Below, piece after piece: positions 1 through 13,595 of a DNA stretch of 64,000 nucleotides (position 1 is the first letter of the stretch; every line of letters begins with the position of its first letter). The stretch lies in the NCBI RefSeq assembly GCF_009914755.1, contig NC_060926.1; one strand, 5' to 3'. The translations under genes and the position numbers were made by a program. Source of the stretch: the human T2T-CHM13v2.0 reference genome, Homo sapiens. The notes under the pieces are model-generated. The model was not told the DNA's origin, did not search any database, and saw nothing but the letters and a program-made list of their open reading frames with translations.

Positions 1-1572
1 GGGTCTCCTGAATACAGCACACTGGTGGGTCTTGACTCTTTATCCAATTTGCCAGTCTGTGTCTTTTAATTGGAGCATTTAGCCCATTTACATTTAAGGT
101 TAATATCATTATGTGTTAATTTGATTCTGTCATTATGATGTTAGCTGGTTATTTTGCTCGTTAGTTGATGCAGTTTCTTCCTAGCATCAATGGTCTTTAC
201 AATTTGGCCTGTTTTTGCAGTGGCTGGTACCAGTTGTTCCTTTCCATGTTTAGTGTTTCCTTCAGGAGCTCTTGTAGGGCAGGCCTGGTGGTGACAAAAT
301 CTCTCAGCGTTTGCTTGTCTGTAAAGGATTTTATTTCTCCTTCATGTATGAAGCTCAGTTTGGCTGGATATGAAATTCTGGGTTGAAAATTCTTTTCTTT
401 AAGAATGTTGAATATTGGCCCCCACTCTCTTCTGGCTTGTAGAGTTTCTGCTGAGAGATCTGCTGTTAGTCTGATGGGCTTCCCTTTGTGGGTAACCCAA
501 CCTTTCTCTCTGGCTACCCTTAACATTTCTTCCTTCATTTCAACTTTGGTGAATCTGACAATTATGTGTCTTGGAGTTGCTCTTCTTGAGGAGTATCTTT
601 GTGGTATTCTCTGTATTTCCTGAATTTGAATGTTGGCCTACCTTGCTAGGTTGGGGAAGTTCTCTTGGATAATATCCAGCAGAGTGTTTTCCAACTTGGT
701 TCCATTCTCCCTGCCACTTTCAGGTACACCAATCAGATGTAGATTTGGTCTTTTCACATAGTCCCATATTTCTTGGACACTTTGTTCATTTCTTTTTACT
801 CTTTTTTCTCTAAACTTCTCTTCTTGCTTCATTTCATTCATTTGATCTTCAATCACTGATACTGTTTCTTCCACTTGATCGAATCGGCTACTGAAGCTTG
901 TGCATTTGTCACGTAGTTCTCGTGCCATAGTTTTCAGCTCCATCAGGTCATTTAAGGAATTCTCTACACTGGTTATTCTAGTTAGCCATTCGTCTAATAT
1001 TTTTTCAAGGTTTTTACCTTCTTTGCGATGGGTTTGAACTTCCTCCTTTAGCTCGGAGAAGTTTGATCATCTGAAAACTTTTTCTGTCAACTCATCAAAG
1101 TCATTCTCCATCCAGCTTTGTTCCATTGCTGGGAAGGAGCTGCATTCCTTTGCAGGGGGAGAGGCACTCTGATTTTTAGAGTTTTCAGCTCTTCTGCTCT
1201 GTTTTTTCCCCATCTTTGTGGTTTTATCTACGTTTGGTCTTTGATGATGGTGAGGTACAGATGGGTTTTTGGTGTGGATGTCCTATCTGTTTTTTAGTTT
1301 TCCTTCTAACAGTCAGGATCCACAGCTGCAGGTCTGTTGGAGTTTGCTGGAGGTCCACTCCAGACCCTGTTTGCCTGGGTATCAGCAGCAGAGGCTGCAG
1401 AACAGTGAATATTGCCGAACAGCAAATGTTGCTGCGTGATCATTCCTCTGGAAGCTACATCTCAGAGGGGTACCCGGCCATGCAAGGTGTCAGTCTGACC
1501 CTACTTGGGGGTGCCTCCCAGTTAGGTTATTCGGGGGTCAGGGACCCACTTGAGGAGGCAGTCTGTCCGTTT
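1..1572 (-). mobile_element. L1PA (primate LINE-1) 5' portion: partial 5'UTR, disrupted ORF1, start of ORF2; continues off the left edge
   Basis: ORFs 638-943 and 197-538 translate to L1 ORF1p (EIWDYVKRPNL, KGKPIRLTADLSAETLQARREWGPIFNILKEKNFQPRISYPAKLSF). ORF1 ATG at 1213, TAA at 197-199. ORF2 ATG at 133 with an early stop. 5'UTR similarity ends ~1572, so it is 5'-truncated inside the UTR. Confidence 0.96.
197..1213 (-). pseudogene. L1 ORF1p, disrupted
   Basis: ATGGGGAAAAAACAG start at 1213; the frame is split into at least two ORFs (638-943, 197-538). Confidence 0.9.
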
Positions 1573-1907
1573 TCCTATGCATATCATTCTTTAAAGTTTT
1601 TTGGGGATGTTGTAACCAAAGATATAAAAGGCAATTGTAATAAAAGAGTTGAAACAGATATATGTCAGCCAGAATTTGTACCTAGCCTTTTTCATTTTAG
1701 CAATTAATGTGGATATCACACTGCAGTTTTAATTGTTATTGTCCTTATGATTTCTTAGGTTGAGAATGTTTTCATATGTTTACAGTGCATTTAGCTTATT
1801 TTCTTTGTAAAATGTCTGCTCACATTCTTTTCCCGGTATTTCTAAAGTGATATATAATTTTTCTTATTGATTTGGTAAGTTTTTTATGTATTCTGGATAA
1901 GAGTTAT

Positions 1908-2296
1908 TGGGAGTGTCAGGAGGCAGCCAAATACCTAGGCAAATAGGGAAGGGTCCCCTGGTGAAACCCCACCTCCAAGCTGAAGATAGTTTAAAGCCTG
2001 AAAGCCAAGGTACAAGTGAAATCCTCAGAAAGTATTGAAAATTTGTCTTTCTGTTTGGTGCACTTTTCTCTGATTGAGCCCCACCTTTCACCTATTTTAC
2101 ATATAACTACCTTTTCCTAATTGGTTTTCTACACTGTTATGCACACCTTTGAGTGGTGTCTTCTCTTTAACCATTTTTGCATACTCACAAACCAATCAGC
2201 ACATAGTACACTGGCCCCAGACCCAGCTGCACAGGGAAATTTCCCAACTTTGAGTACAGGAAACAACCCCCATGTCCCTTCTTTGCAGAGAGCTTA
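1908..2296 (+). mobile_element. ERV1 (MER4-group) LTR fragment
   Basis: Starts ...GGAGGCAGCCAAATACCTAGGCAAATAGGGAAGGGTCCCCTGGTGAAACCCCACC, typical of ERV1 U3; CCAATCAGCAC motif at ~2192; 3' end missing. Confidence 0.7.
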
Positions 2297-2622
2297 ATGC
2301 GAATCTGTTTCTGCAACCTCTATTATTTTCCATTTTCTAGTTTAAATATACTTTGAAAAACTTCACAGAGTCTGATAAATGATAGCTTTAAAAGAGCTCA
2401 AGTTTTGTTCTTCTCTAATTGCCTTGGCTATTCTTGGCTTTTTAATTTTTCCTTTAAGTTTTAAAAGCAGTTATCATTTACCAAGAATCCCTGCTACACT
2501 TTGTGATTGTGTTGAATCTCCAGATTAAATTTGGTGAGGTGAGTTACTATGTTAAAATTATGAGCTTTAAAATCAATAAACATGATGTAACTCTCCATTT
2601 ATTGAGTTCTTCAATTACTTTC

Positions 2623-2924
2623 TTCTTCTTCTTCTTCTTTTTCCTTTGAGATGGAGTCTCACACTGTCACCCAGGCTGGAGTGTAGTGGCCCAGCCTTGG
2701 CTCACTGCAACCTCTGCCTCCTGGGTTCAAGCAATTCTCCTGCCTCAGCCTCCTGAGTAGCTGGGACTACAGGCGACTGCCAAGCCTGGGTAATTTTTGT
2801 ATTTTTAATAGAGATGAGGTTTCATCATGTTGGCCAGGTTGGTCTTGAACTCCTGGCATCGTTATTCGCACGTCTCAGCCTCCCAAAGTGCTAGGATAAC
2901 AGGTGTGAGCCACCACACCCAGCC
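2623..2924 (-). mobile_element. AluS with (GAA)n-type tail
   Basis: Full Alu dimer, antisense; 18-bp TSD AGTTCTTCAATTACTTTC at 2605-2622 and 2926-2943. Confidence 0.95.
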
Positions 2925-4204
2925 AAGTTCTTCAATTACTTTCAATGAAGTTTTATAATTTAGGGCCTTCATTTAGAGGTCTTCTTGGAAATGTTGCATT
3001 TTATTTATATTTAGACACTTGTTACATTGAAACAATTTTTTTGTAACTTTAAAAAATTAATTTTATATGGCTACTATATAGAAATATAATTAATTTTTGA
3101 ATATTGATTTTTATCCAATGACATTGATATATTCCGTTTGAATGGTATGAGACTTATTTCGATTTCAAGTGTGCAATTTGAAGTTAAGTCATCTGTGAAA
3201 AAAATTTATTTCTATTTTTATAACAACAATGCATTTTTTTCTTTCTTTTTATTTTCTGAGATTTCTAGTAAAATCTTGGATGATAGAGATGATATGGGAT
3301 AAATTTCTTTTTCATTCCTGATTTTCATGGTGATAGTGAACATTTCTACTATTAGCAGGAATTTTTTAAGATTTTTTGTTTCATTTTGGTTTGTGATCAT
3401 AGATATTGGTCTGTTTATATGCTCTATCATGTTGTGGGAGTCATTCTGTATCCTTAACATTAATATATTTTAAATTAAATTGACACACTTTTTAGAATCT
3501 ATCAAGAGAATTATATATTTTTTTGCTTTAAGATATGAATGATATTTTAACTTTTAAACAGTTGATAGTATTGCTAGATTATATGTCAGCAATGTGCTGG
3601 GTGGAATTCCTCACTTACACAATATATCCTTTTTATATATTGGCACATATATTCTTTTATTTTAGGTATATATTCTTGAAGTAGAGTGTTTTTAATATTA
3701 GGATGACAGTTTTGCTGCCTTTATATTGTTTTTCTTCAGCTATTCCGATTGTACTTATATTGGATGTTTTTTACCTGCTTGTATATTAATCTTTTTATTG
3801 CTGAGAATATTTTAAAACTTCTCTTTCATTTCATTGGCTCTTTTTAATCTTATATTCTGTATTTCTTAATATGTCAATTATTTCTTCTCATATTCTTTTA
3901 GAATGTTAAAATTAGTATTTAACATATATAGGAACTGTCATCCAGGCCCAAAAAGTAATTTAGAATTATAAGGAAGTATGAACTCAATAACCTAAATTTA
4001 AGTTATAAAATAAAATTTGCTTTCAAAAGATAAGATGTTGATAAACTATGATGCATCAAAAAAGTCTGAGAGTAACTAAAAAGAAGAGCAGCTTCCCCTT
4101 TGCCTCTTGCATATAAGTTAGGCAAATAAGAGGAATAATTTTCAATGAATATGTAAGAGAAAGCCCTAGCAAATTAAAGGAAAACCTGGTTCCTAACTAG
4201 AAGA

Positions 4205-4360
4205 GAAGATATGGAAGGTTTCTAACACAAAGAAAAAATAAATATTTGAGGTGATTGATGTACCAATACCCATATTCGACTATTACATATTCTATGCATG
4301 TATCAAAAAAACACATATACTCCATAAATATGTATAACTATTATGCATCAGTTAAAAAAT
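4205..4360 (+). mobile_element. L1MA 3' end fragment
   Basis: acacaaagaaaaaataaatatttgaggtga...ccataaatatgtataactattatg...aaaaa matches an L1MA terminus. Confidence 0.8.
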
Positions 4361-5454
4361 TGGATTTTACAAGGTAAAATTAATTAATTAATTTAGGAAA
4401 AAGCTGAAGCAATTATAAAGGAAATGATTATTGGTTATCAGGTAATATAGAGAGGGCAAGAATAATGTGTATACTAATAGAAGTACTGGAGTAAAGTGGA
4501 ATTAAGGAGAAAAACAAAAGGTCTGTACCCTAAATATGTCTACTGTGTCCTGGGTATCTCATTCCATGGTTTTACATCTTTGCTTTTTCAAAAATATAAA
4601 TTATTTGAGGTATAAGGAATATTTGAAACCATTAATATTAATTTGTATTATAATGTGATTTTGCTTCATGTTGTTTTGAGAAAAAGCTTAAATATGAAAT
4701 AAAAACTATGATGGGAAATTGTACAAGACTGATATTCTAGATTAACCTTTATCTTGCATTAACTAAAAAACTTCTATGTTCTTCCATGCAGAAATACACA
4801 CAATCCATTATTTTATTCAAAATTAACTATCAATTGAGTATTTGCTGTTTTCTTTGTTTGCCATCCCAACCCAGGACTACTTTAAATGTTTGTACAATTT
4901 AATTCTCACTAAGTGATTATTACTTGGTTTAAGCTATTATCTGTTCCTGTTAAATCACTCTATTTATGCCCCTAAAATAGAAGGCTGACAAATGATAACA
5001 TTGAACCTATCAATTCTAATCACCTCCTTCAGAGACAGCTTTCTTTTGCTTAGGGGTGACTGCAAAATACAATAAAGGGGTCAGCATTTTATCACCCAGA
5101 AAGGAATGACAGCTAAAGTCATCCAAGTACACATAAATGAACACAGAGGTATCCTAACAACTTAACATGAGTTAGTCATATGCCTCCCACTCATATTCAA
5201 AAAGGAAAGTATCCAAATGTAGCCCCATGGAGACACATCCAGATGCAGAGACATTTGTAGAAAGTTATTTGGAAAATATTTATCCTCAGCAGCCTATATG
5301 TGAGTATTTTTTCACAAAACTGGGGCTAAGGCATCATTCACATGAAGGTCCAAACACAGAGAAGATTAAGGTAATAGGCTTTATTATTAATTAGAAGTTA
5401 ACTTCCCATTCATTCCCCAACATAACACTTCCAATACCCCAATGTAAGGGTATT

Positions 5455-5585
5455 GGGGAAACATCTAAGTTACGTTTTTCTAAGCTGTAAATTGTGAATA
5501 AATACAGTATCTTGATAGGATTTTGTAAGGATTAAATGACATGAAAGAGCAACAATGATAACACCGACACCTAATGGGTCTTCAA
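5455..5585 (+). mobile_element. MIR fragment
   Basis: MIR core-like gtttttctaagctgtaaatt...ataggattttgtaaggattaaatga. Confidence 0.55.
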
Positions 5586-7906
5586 CCAAGGTGAATTTCT
5601 TTCCTGTACTATTTTTTTAAGCAATCTGTTGTTACATCATGACTTGTGAAAACTAACATCTCTGTGCAATAAACAAATGCAATCTCAGAAGTAATTATAA
5701 GAAAACATCACCCTACTAACCAGCAAGAAGTTATATATATTTAATGCTATGTTTTAAATGATAAAGTAAGAAAGTAAAAATTTCTTTTAAGTATATTTGT
5801 TTTGTAGAGCTTATATTTTCTTTTTAGAATGTATGTCTCATAATGTCTTTATGATAGTGGATAAACATGTATGATTTATAAATAAATACATATATGCATA
5901 GTGTAAATATATGCTAAAATTTTATTTTACTGGCATGAATGTAATAAAACATTTGGGGATCACTAGTCAGTATACTCAAACTTGCATAAACTTTGGTAGT
6001 TTGTGTGATGTCATGCATAGATGTTTATAATAGAGTGAATTATAATTGCCAAATCTCTTTGTGTAAATAGAAAGTATTTCATAAATGACTGAGAAAGCTA
6101 TTTATGAAAAATAAATTAATTAATAAAAGGACACCTCCCTCAAAAATTATTCCTGCCCAAATACGGTTAAACTGCTGTCAAAGAGGGCACTGAAAAGATT
6201 GCTCCAGAGTGGGAATGAGAGGTATGTTCTAAAAAATAGTAAAACTATTTGAAAGTGAGCATTTTTTTTCAGTTCGCATCCTTGCCATATAAATTAAAGA
6301 ATATAAATTAAGAATAATAGCTAACCTGCAGGCAAATGTTAGCAATAATCTCATGTCAATACTGCACAGTTTCCCCACTCTTACTTTGAATCCTGTTTAA
6401 CAAATTATTATATTTTGAAGAATTTGTTCTTTGGAAAGACAGAAAAATAATATATTTATTTTGCTTTACAGAATCAAAAAAGTATTGCATTAAAATAGAA
6501 AGTAATAAGTATATAAAAGTTAAAAATATATGATTTTCCTAATATTACTTTTTGATTTCTCTCCAGAAAACATGTGCAGCAAATGATTTTATTCTCTGTG
6601 TCTCATGAGATATAGCAAGTCTCCAAACCAAAGTTGTGCCAAAATAGCTAAATAAATAAAATAAAAGCAGTACATTTTCTTTAGATTTATAAGACATAAA
6701 TACCATCATAACATAGTATAACCGATAAAGAGGAAAACAGTAAAAGCAGCAATTGTATTTTCTTTAATTATCTTGAGCGAAAATAATTTCTTTACTTTTT
6801 ATATTCCTCATGTTGAATACCCTGTGACATTTAAAATGGCCAAATTTGCACATTTTTTCCAAGTTTCATAGAATATTTTTGGTAGTCTGAAACTTGTTCT
6901 TCCATCAGTTATAGTTCCAGCAGCATAGGTAGATATCTTGCTTTCAGAAATGCGAAGCAACCCGTATTATGCACAATCTTAAAAACAGTTTGAGACTACA
7001 TTATTTCTATGTCCAAAGACAGATAGGAATAGTACAAATGTTAATATCATAATTATTTATGCTTCCAAATAATTTCTGTTTAGCTTAATATAGGTTAGTC
7101 ATAATAATAATAGTATTGTGCTAAGTGGGCTTAGACTCAGAACCTGCATCACTAACAACACATGGTGTAAGTGTAAAAATGCCATCATTGGGGAAAATAT
7201 GTGCAGGGAAGTAGCAGAGCACAGATGTTCCTCTAGTTCTCATGATACCATGGAGGGAATGCTCAGTCACACATACTATGTGTGTCATGGAATAGGCTTT
7301 AGAAGAGGGTCCTTGCCCCATGAAGTTTCAGTAACTGTTAGGGAGACTGTCAACATTGACCATGTATCAGATAGATAAACATGCTTGGTCAAGAAAATGC
7401 CCTGATTAAAGAAGGTGAGGCTCCTGAGCATAGAAAAATCTCATTCTTTTTTTCAATTAATTTAATGGGAATGAGGCTTCATTCAGGGTTTGTCTCTCTC
7501 AAAGCAGCTATTCTTAAGTGATGCTATCTTAAATACCTAATACACAAATGCTATCAAGCCAATTATAAACAATTTACAGAGTATTCTAAAGATGTTTTTA
7601 AGATTAGGAGTAAAAGCTCATCATATAGACAATTCTCTTTTTGCTTTTATACCTATCTTCATATGCTAAGATAGTATATTGGAAAATATAATCAAAGAAA
7701 ATGTATATTCCTACATTTATAATAAACCATATCTGATATTTATAACTTTAAAAATAAATGTATTTATTTTGTCTGTCCAAGTTTTACTTTTATCAGAAAT
7801 GAAGAAACAATGACATCATCTTTGTAAAACTTTTTACGTTTGGTTGTTTATATTTTTTTCTTACAATTCCTTCAGTCTAAACATACATTGGATACCCTTA
7901 TTTCTT

Positions 7907-8054
7907 TTCTTTTTTTTTTTTCTGTATTTTTTTTTTTAGTACAGACGGGATTTCAGCATGTTGATCAGGCTGGTCTCGAACTCCTGACCTCATGATCTGC
8001 CTGCCTTGGCCTCCCAAAGTGCTGGGATTACAGCCTGAGCCAATGTGTTCGTCC
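7907..8054 (-). mobile_element. Alu (AluS-type) left arm only, with TSDs
   Basis: Left monomer plus A-rich linker; flanked by TGGATAC(C/T)CTTATTTCTT at 7889-7906 and 8055-8072. Confidence 0.9.
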
Positions 8055-8352
8055 TGGATACTCTTATTTCTTAAAGACAAGATCTAAATTATATAAACAT
8101 TTATGTAAGTATGAAAACCAAAGCAATTTAAATTATTTAAAGTTTTAAGTTACAATGTATTATGTATTAATTTGCTGAACAGTTAAGCCATGTTTTGAAA
8201 GTCTTTGGACATCAATTTGGTTCACTTTGTTTGCCTGTTAACTTACTGTGAATATACATGATTAAATAATTAATACTAACCCTCATGAAACAATTATTGT
8301 GATGAAAGTAGCCTTTTTGTATCATTTGTATTAAAAGTATTGCTAAAGTTTA

Positions 8353-8575
8353 TAGCCTGGGAAACATGGTGAAACCCTGCCTCTATAAAAAAATTAAAAC
8401 TTAGTCATGCATGGTGGCATGTGCCTGGAGTCCCAGCTACTTAGCAGGCTGAGGTTGGAGGATCACCTGAGCCCAGGAGGCCGACACTGCAGTGAGCTGT
8501 GATTGTGCCACTACACTCCAGTCTGGGTGATGAAGTGAGACCCTGTCTTAAATAAATAAATAAATAAATAAATAA
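8353..8575 (+). mobile_element. AluJ, 5'-truncated, (TAAA)n tail
   Basis: ggaggatcacctgagcccaggagg is AluJ-diagnostic; TSD AAAGTA(T/C)TGCTAAAGTTTA at 8334-8352 and 8574-8592. Confidence 0.92.
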
Positions 8576-8901
8576 AGTACTGCTAAAGTTTAGAAACTAT
8601 ACATGTTGATCAGTAAAAGCAAAATATTCAAAATTTAAGAGAAAAAAAGCTACATTTCAAAAATAAATAAAAATACTATGGATTTATTCTCACAATATTT
8701 ATACTCAAGTATTTAAACTTTAAACTTTCTACTTTTTTTTGCAAATCACCACCTAAATGATCATTCAAAAATCAGAAGTGTAGATAGACTTTTATTTATG
8801 TTGTGTTCTTGAACAAAAATATTTTAAAATAATAAAATTAAATAAAAAGTTGTTTGTTCTCAGAAAGGCAGTTAATTTTTAAGATCTTAATAATGTATTA
8901 C

Positions 8902-9368
8902 TGTAGTGCACTGAATAGTGCCCCTCAAACCGTGTCCACTCAGAACCTGAGAATGTGGCATTATTTGGAAATAAGGGTCTTTTGTGGGTGTTATTAAAGA
9001 TATCGAAATAAAATCATCCTGGAAATAAGATGGGTCATAAATTAATGATTAATGTTTTTATAAGAGAAATGAGAGGAAAATTTAGACACAGAAACACAGA
9101 TATACTGATTAAAAAGCTATGAGAATACAGGAGTAGCCATTGGATTGATGCAAATATGTAAGGCAGGGAGCGCTAAGGATACCCACAGCCACATAGAGCT
9201 ATAAGTGGGGCAGGAAGCACATTCTCCCTCAGAGCTTTCACAAGCAACAAACTTTGCTGACTTAATTTCAGACTTCTGGCCTCCCAGACTGTGAGAGAAT
9301 AAATTTCTGTTGTTTTAACCCAGCCGGGTTGCAGTAATTTGTTATAACAGTCTTACAAATCTAATATA
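8902..9368 (+). mobile_element. MLT1 (MLT1B/C-like) MaLR solo LTR
   Basis: cagaacctgagaatgtggcattatttggaaataagggtc ... cagacttctggcctcccagactgtgagagaataaatttctgttgttttaa. Confidence 0.88.
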
Positions 9369-10789
9369 ATTAACTACCTGATACACCGTTTCCTTTAATA
9401 CTTCTCTACTTGATACCTCCCCTTGCCTTGTCAATTTTTTAACAAATTAAATATCTACTATGTACACCATTGTCATTAGGATTTTCTACTGCCAATTTAC
9501 TGTCTTTTGGTGGTTGAGGTATAATTATTCATTTTAGAATTAACGGTTTCCTCAGTGAAAATAAAAATCTATAATTTTAATTTTTAAAAATTGTTTATTC
9601 ATATGAATTTTATTAAAAGAAGTTAAAATAATAAAATATCATTTACTTAGTATTATTACTTTTAATTATATAAAAGATAGTTGCTCATATTAAAGCATAT
9701 AAAACATTAAAAATATAACAAATAAAATTAAAATCTCCCAGAATGTTAACTGCCAGAGATAACCACAGTTTAAAATCAGAAGTTTAGAGAAAAAGATAAC
9801 AAATAGCTAGATAAATGATAAATAGATATATAGTTAGATTCAGTTTATATTCCAGCTATTATTCTTTCAAATATGGGATCACCTGCTGTAGTTGGTGGGA
9901 ACAAGATGTCTCCATGTTCTGGGGGATTCAGTCCACCTTATTTCATTGAATGCCAATGCAGCCATGAAATTGGTGATTCTTCCTGCAGGTTACTCACAAG
10001 AGAATACAGAAGTTGCTTCTCCTAATGGCTAGTGATTATATCATTACTTCCAACCACAAGTATATGTGTATACATTAGCCTCTGATCTAGTGGTCAAGGT
10101 AGACTGAAATTCTGCCATTATTTTTAACCATTTGTTCTTTTGACTATTCATGAAGATAGGTAACAGGAATGAGCAGTTATGAACATGTATCTCTCACCTA
10201 CCAATTTTTCTGACTTTTCAGCTCTAACATATCTATGCCATTTTTAAACATTTTTTAATCTCAAAAATAACATATATTTGGTCTGCTGAAGTAATTTTTA
10301 ATGTTAAATAAGGAAAAAGTGATACTCTAATAAATATTATAGTTTGTTACAATCTGAAATTTAAAACCAGATTATACTAATGCTGATACTATTATACATT
10401 TTCCATTCTAAAGATTTGTTTTGATATTTGCATTCTTTTTTTGGAATTACAACATAGAAATCATCTAACTGATTTTTATATTAACCAAATTTTATATTCA
10501 ATATTTTTTGATTCATAAATTATAATCCAATGTTCATGTACTTGGATAATGTTTTCAAATATTTCCACCAAAAGCAGTAAGACTAATTTTCTGATTTCTT
10601 ATCAGCTAAGAAATTTTTTTTTGTGGCAATAATATTAGAAAAGTAACAGTTTCATTTCCACAAAACAAGGATATTTCTCCTTGGTCTTCAAGCATTAACT
10701 ATGAGAAAAAAATGTTATTTATTTTGAAGTAAGGAGGTGTTAATATTTTTTCTCCCAAATGGTTAGGTATTTTTAATTTTAACCATTTT

Positions 10790-11065
10790 ACTAGAATAAA
10801 AAATGTGCAATTAAAAGTACTCAATATTGAATTATACCAAATGTTTAAACATTTACACAGGTAAATATTACACAATCAATATATAAAATTCACCACCATA
10901 AAGTTCCCCATGCCAATATTCAGTCAATTCTTCTACCCTAGGCCAAAGTGATCACTGACATGCTTTCTGTTACTATGCCTCTTCTGAACTTTCATATAAA
11001 TGGAATAATACAGTCAGTACAATATCATGTCTGGCTTTTCTTGCTGAACATTCTGTTGCCATTTG
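10790..11065 (-). mobile_element. Old L1M 3' fragment
   Basis: gaactttcatataaatggaataatacagt...tgtctggcttttcttgctgaaca. Confidence 0.6.
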
Positions 11066-12040
11066 AGTTTGCTTGAAGTTTTTTTTTTTTTTACTCATTT
11101 TCCTTCTTTGCTCAGCTTGCTCTCCTGGCTTCATGTTATTACCTTGTACATCTATCATGCTATTGTATCTCCTGCATGAGCACTTCTTAACCTTAATTTT
11201 TTTCAATATCTCAAACTAAATTTTTATTTTTTTATGTTTCTGGTTTCTGTAGCAACTACATATTTCACAGATGCTCTGTTATTTATCTTTCAAGATCATA
11301 TTTATGTTTCTTTATTCTGTAATGCTTATCTCTTTATTTTCACCAAGATGTAATGTTAGTTCAAAATAAGACATAATCATATTTGATCATTGTTAATACA
11401 CTACATCTCTGCCTTTAATTTGTGCCTACACTGAGCCCAATTAGACACTGGTGAAATCTTCTGTATCTGAATAGTTGGTGGTTATTTACCTTTTATAATC
11501 AAATTTCTATTGTTACCATGCCTTCTGGTGGAACACTTCTAACAAATTACGGGGAAATGAGTATCTCCATAAATTCATCTAGCAATATTCTTACTTTTGT
11601 TTCAATACCTAGCAATTAAATTTCAGAAGATATGCCCACCCCAAAAGTATACGTTCTTGCCTGTCTTCCAATTCCTAATTCCTTCTAGTTCTCCCTTTGA
11701 CTAAAGTCTAAATCTAGGAAACACAAAGCTGAGTTATATAACACAGGAATTGACTTAACAACAACCAAAAAAAATGAAAAATGTTCCAAGTGAAGAAGAA
11801 TGGTTGTTTTATGGTTTTACAGATAATGAGAAAAGCCTGTGTTGCCTTTCACCTTATCAGATCAAAATTATTCTATGGAGAGTAAAATACTTACCTTTAT
11901 CCTCCAGTTTTATCACCCTCCAACTTAGCAGTAATTCCTTTCAGATAATAACAATATATCACTTGTCTGTTTCTACACTGTTGAGTATTTTATTATTTTA
12001 TTTTTTAATAGGTAATATGGAATGATTTGGCATAAACTAT

Positions 12041-12469
12041 TGATGTCGGACTTTTTGTTCCTTAGTTCAGCTAAATCTGAGTTCTTGTCTCATGACCAAG
12101 AAAAATTAGGAACATGGACTCATTGAAAGGTAAGGAGGGCAGAATTGATTACATGAAAGGAAAGCTCTCAGCAAAAAAAGAGGGGTCCTGCACACAGATT
12201 TCTACCTCACAAATTGAATACCAGGCCACCACACATGAGTTGAAGAGGCCCAGCTCCTCCCGTGTAATGTGCGAATTCCTGGTGGCTCCACCTCATCCTC
12301 CCAGTGCATGTGGGCCTCCAGTACATTGCTGGCATGCCCAGTAAGACCCTGTGCAGGTTCCCTCATCTGCACAAAAACATCAGGTCTAAATACTTATGGG
12401 GTGAGCCAGAGATTCTCTGGGGTCCCTTCACTATTTGCCTAGGCATTTGTCTGTCTTTTGCTTCTATCA
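12041..12469 (-). mobile_element. ERV1 (MER4-group) solo LTR
   Basis: TG...CA ends with 4-bp TSD CTAT (12037-12040, 12470-12473); minus-strand start TGATAGAAGCAAAAGACAGACAAATGCCTAGGCAAATAG. Confidence 0.85.
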
Positions 12470-13595
12470 CTATGACAGGGTTTATATTTGGATCACATTT
12501 CCAATAGCAGACAATGGGGTATTTTAAAATATATATTAAATTTACTACTTACCAAGATGTAATATTTTCCCTACAATGATCATAAAGCAGTAGTCGCAAC
12601 TCGTATTTTCTACTATATATTAGCAGTAATCAAAATGAGAAAAATATGATCAAAGAAACGGGTACAAAGAAAAAGTTGTTAAAGATGTTAAAAATATAGG
12701 GTATATTTTACAAAGGTATACAGTAATTACAGGTGATTCAAAAATATTAATTTATATATGTTTAATAGTGTATTAAATATTTGAAACACAAGCATGTTTG
12801 GGAAACAATATTTTCTTAAACTGGAGCTCAAATATATCTCTTTTTTCTGCATCTGGTTATTTTTTCTTTCTGGAATCTGTCGTTTTGCTCTTGGACTTCT
12901 CTTAATTTCTCTATCCCAACTAAGTTAACTTTCATATAAATCTTAGATATATTTTGAAGCAGCAAAATGCCCCCCCATTCTGTTTTAATATATATAATGC
13001 TTTTATTTCTATATGGGCATCATTAGACTCTATTAAGTAAAATTTAACCAATAAAATCTGTAATAGCACAAAGTAAGAGAAGAAGTACAGAAAACTCATT
13101 CTATCCATTCCAAGCCAAATGGATTATTGAATCTTTCTTATTTGAGTATCTCAAATACAGTTGTTATTTCTTGATAATGGTGTTGAATTATGAGCACAAA
13201 GTTATTTTTAAATCTAAATAAAAAATACAAATTAATCTTATACCAAACACTACAATTTATTGTTACTAATCAAAACATAATTTTGAAAAGCAAGTATTAA
13301 AAGGTATTTTGAAGTAATAGGGAGCAGTTAATGTTCTGCTTCTGTTTGTTTTAATATAGATACAACGAATAAAATAACGCAACCTCAAATACTCATTTGT
13401 ATGCAAAAATATTATTTGTATGCAAACACCATTCTTGATTAGAGTGATTTCTTCAGCAGCAGAGTTTGAAGCAATTTTCAATTAACCCTTCAAAAAAGTA
13501 AAATTCAAAATAAACTTTTAGTACATATTAAGAAAATATAGTTGCTACTTTGAAGTAGAAGAGCTGAAGTGATTTAAAAAATAACTTAAAGAAAA

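Larger units (their letters stand above)
1720..3650 (-). mobile_element. Old L1M ORF2/3' fragments, interrupted by an LTR and an Alu
   Basis: T-rich degenerate L1 antisense motifs (gttgagaatgttttcatatgttta, gttgaatctccagattaaatttgg, ctctccatttatt). Confidence 0.6.

Noticed and set aside
1216-1707. 163-aa ORF antisense to the L1 5'UTR, possible ORF0
   Set aside because: The element is truncated before the ORF0 region; this frame starts at a non-ATG codon and runs into flanking DNA.
1908-12469. Inverted similarity between 1920-1960 and 12420-12460
   Set aside because: Shared U3 start of two related, independently inserted ERV1 LTRs; the second has its own TSD.
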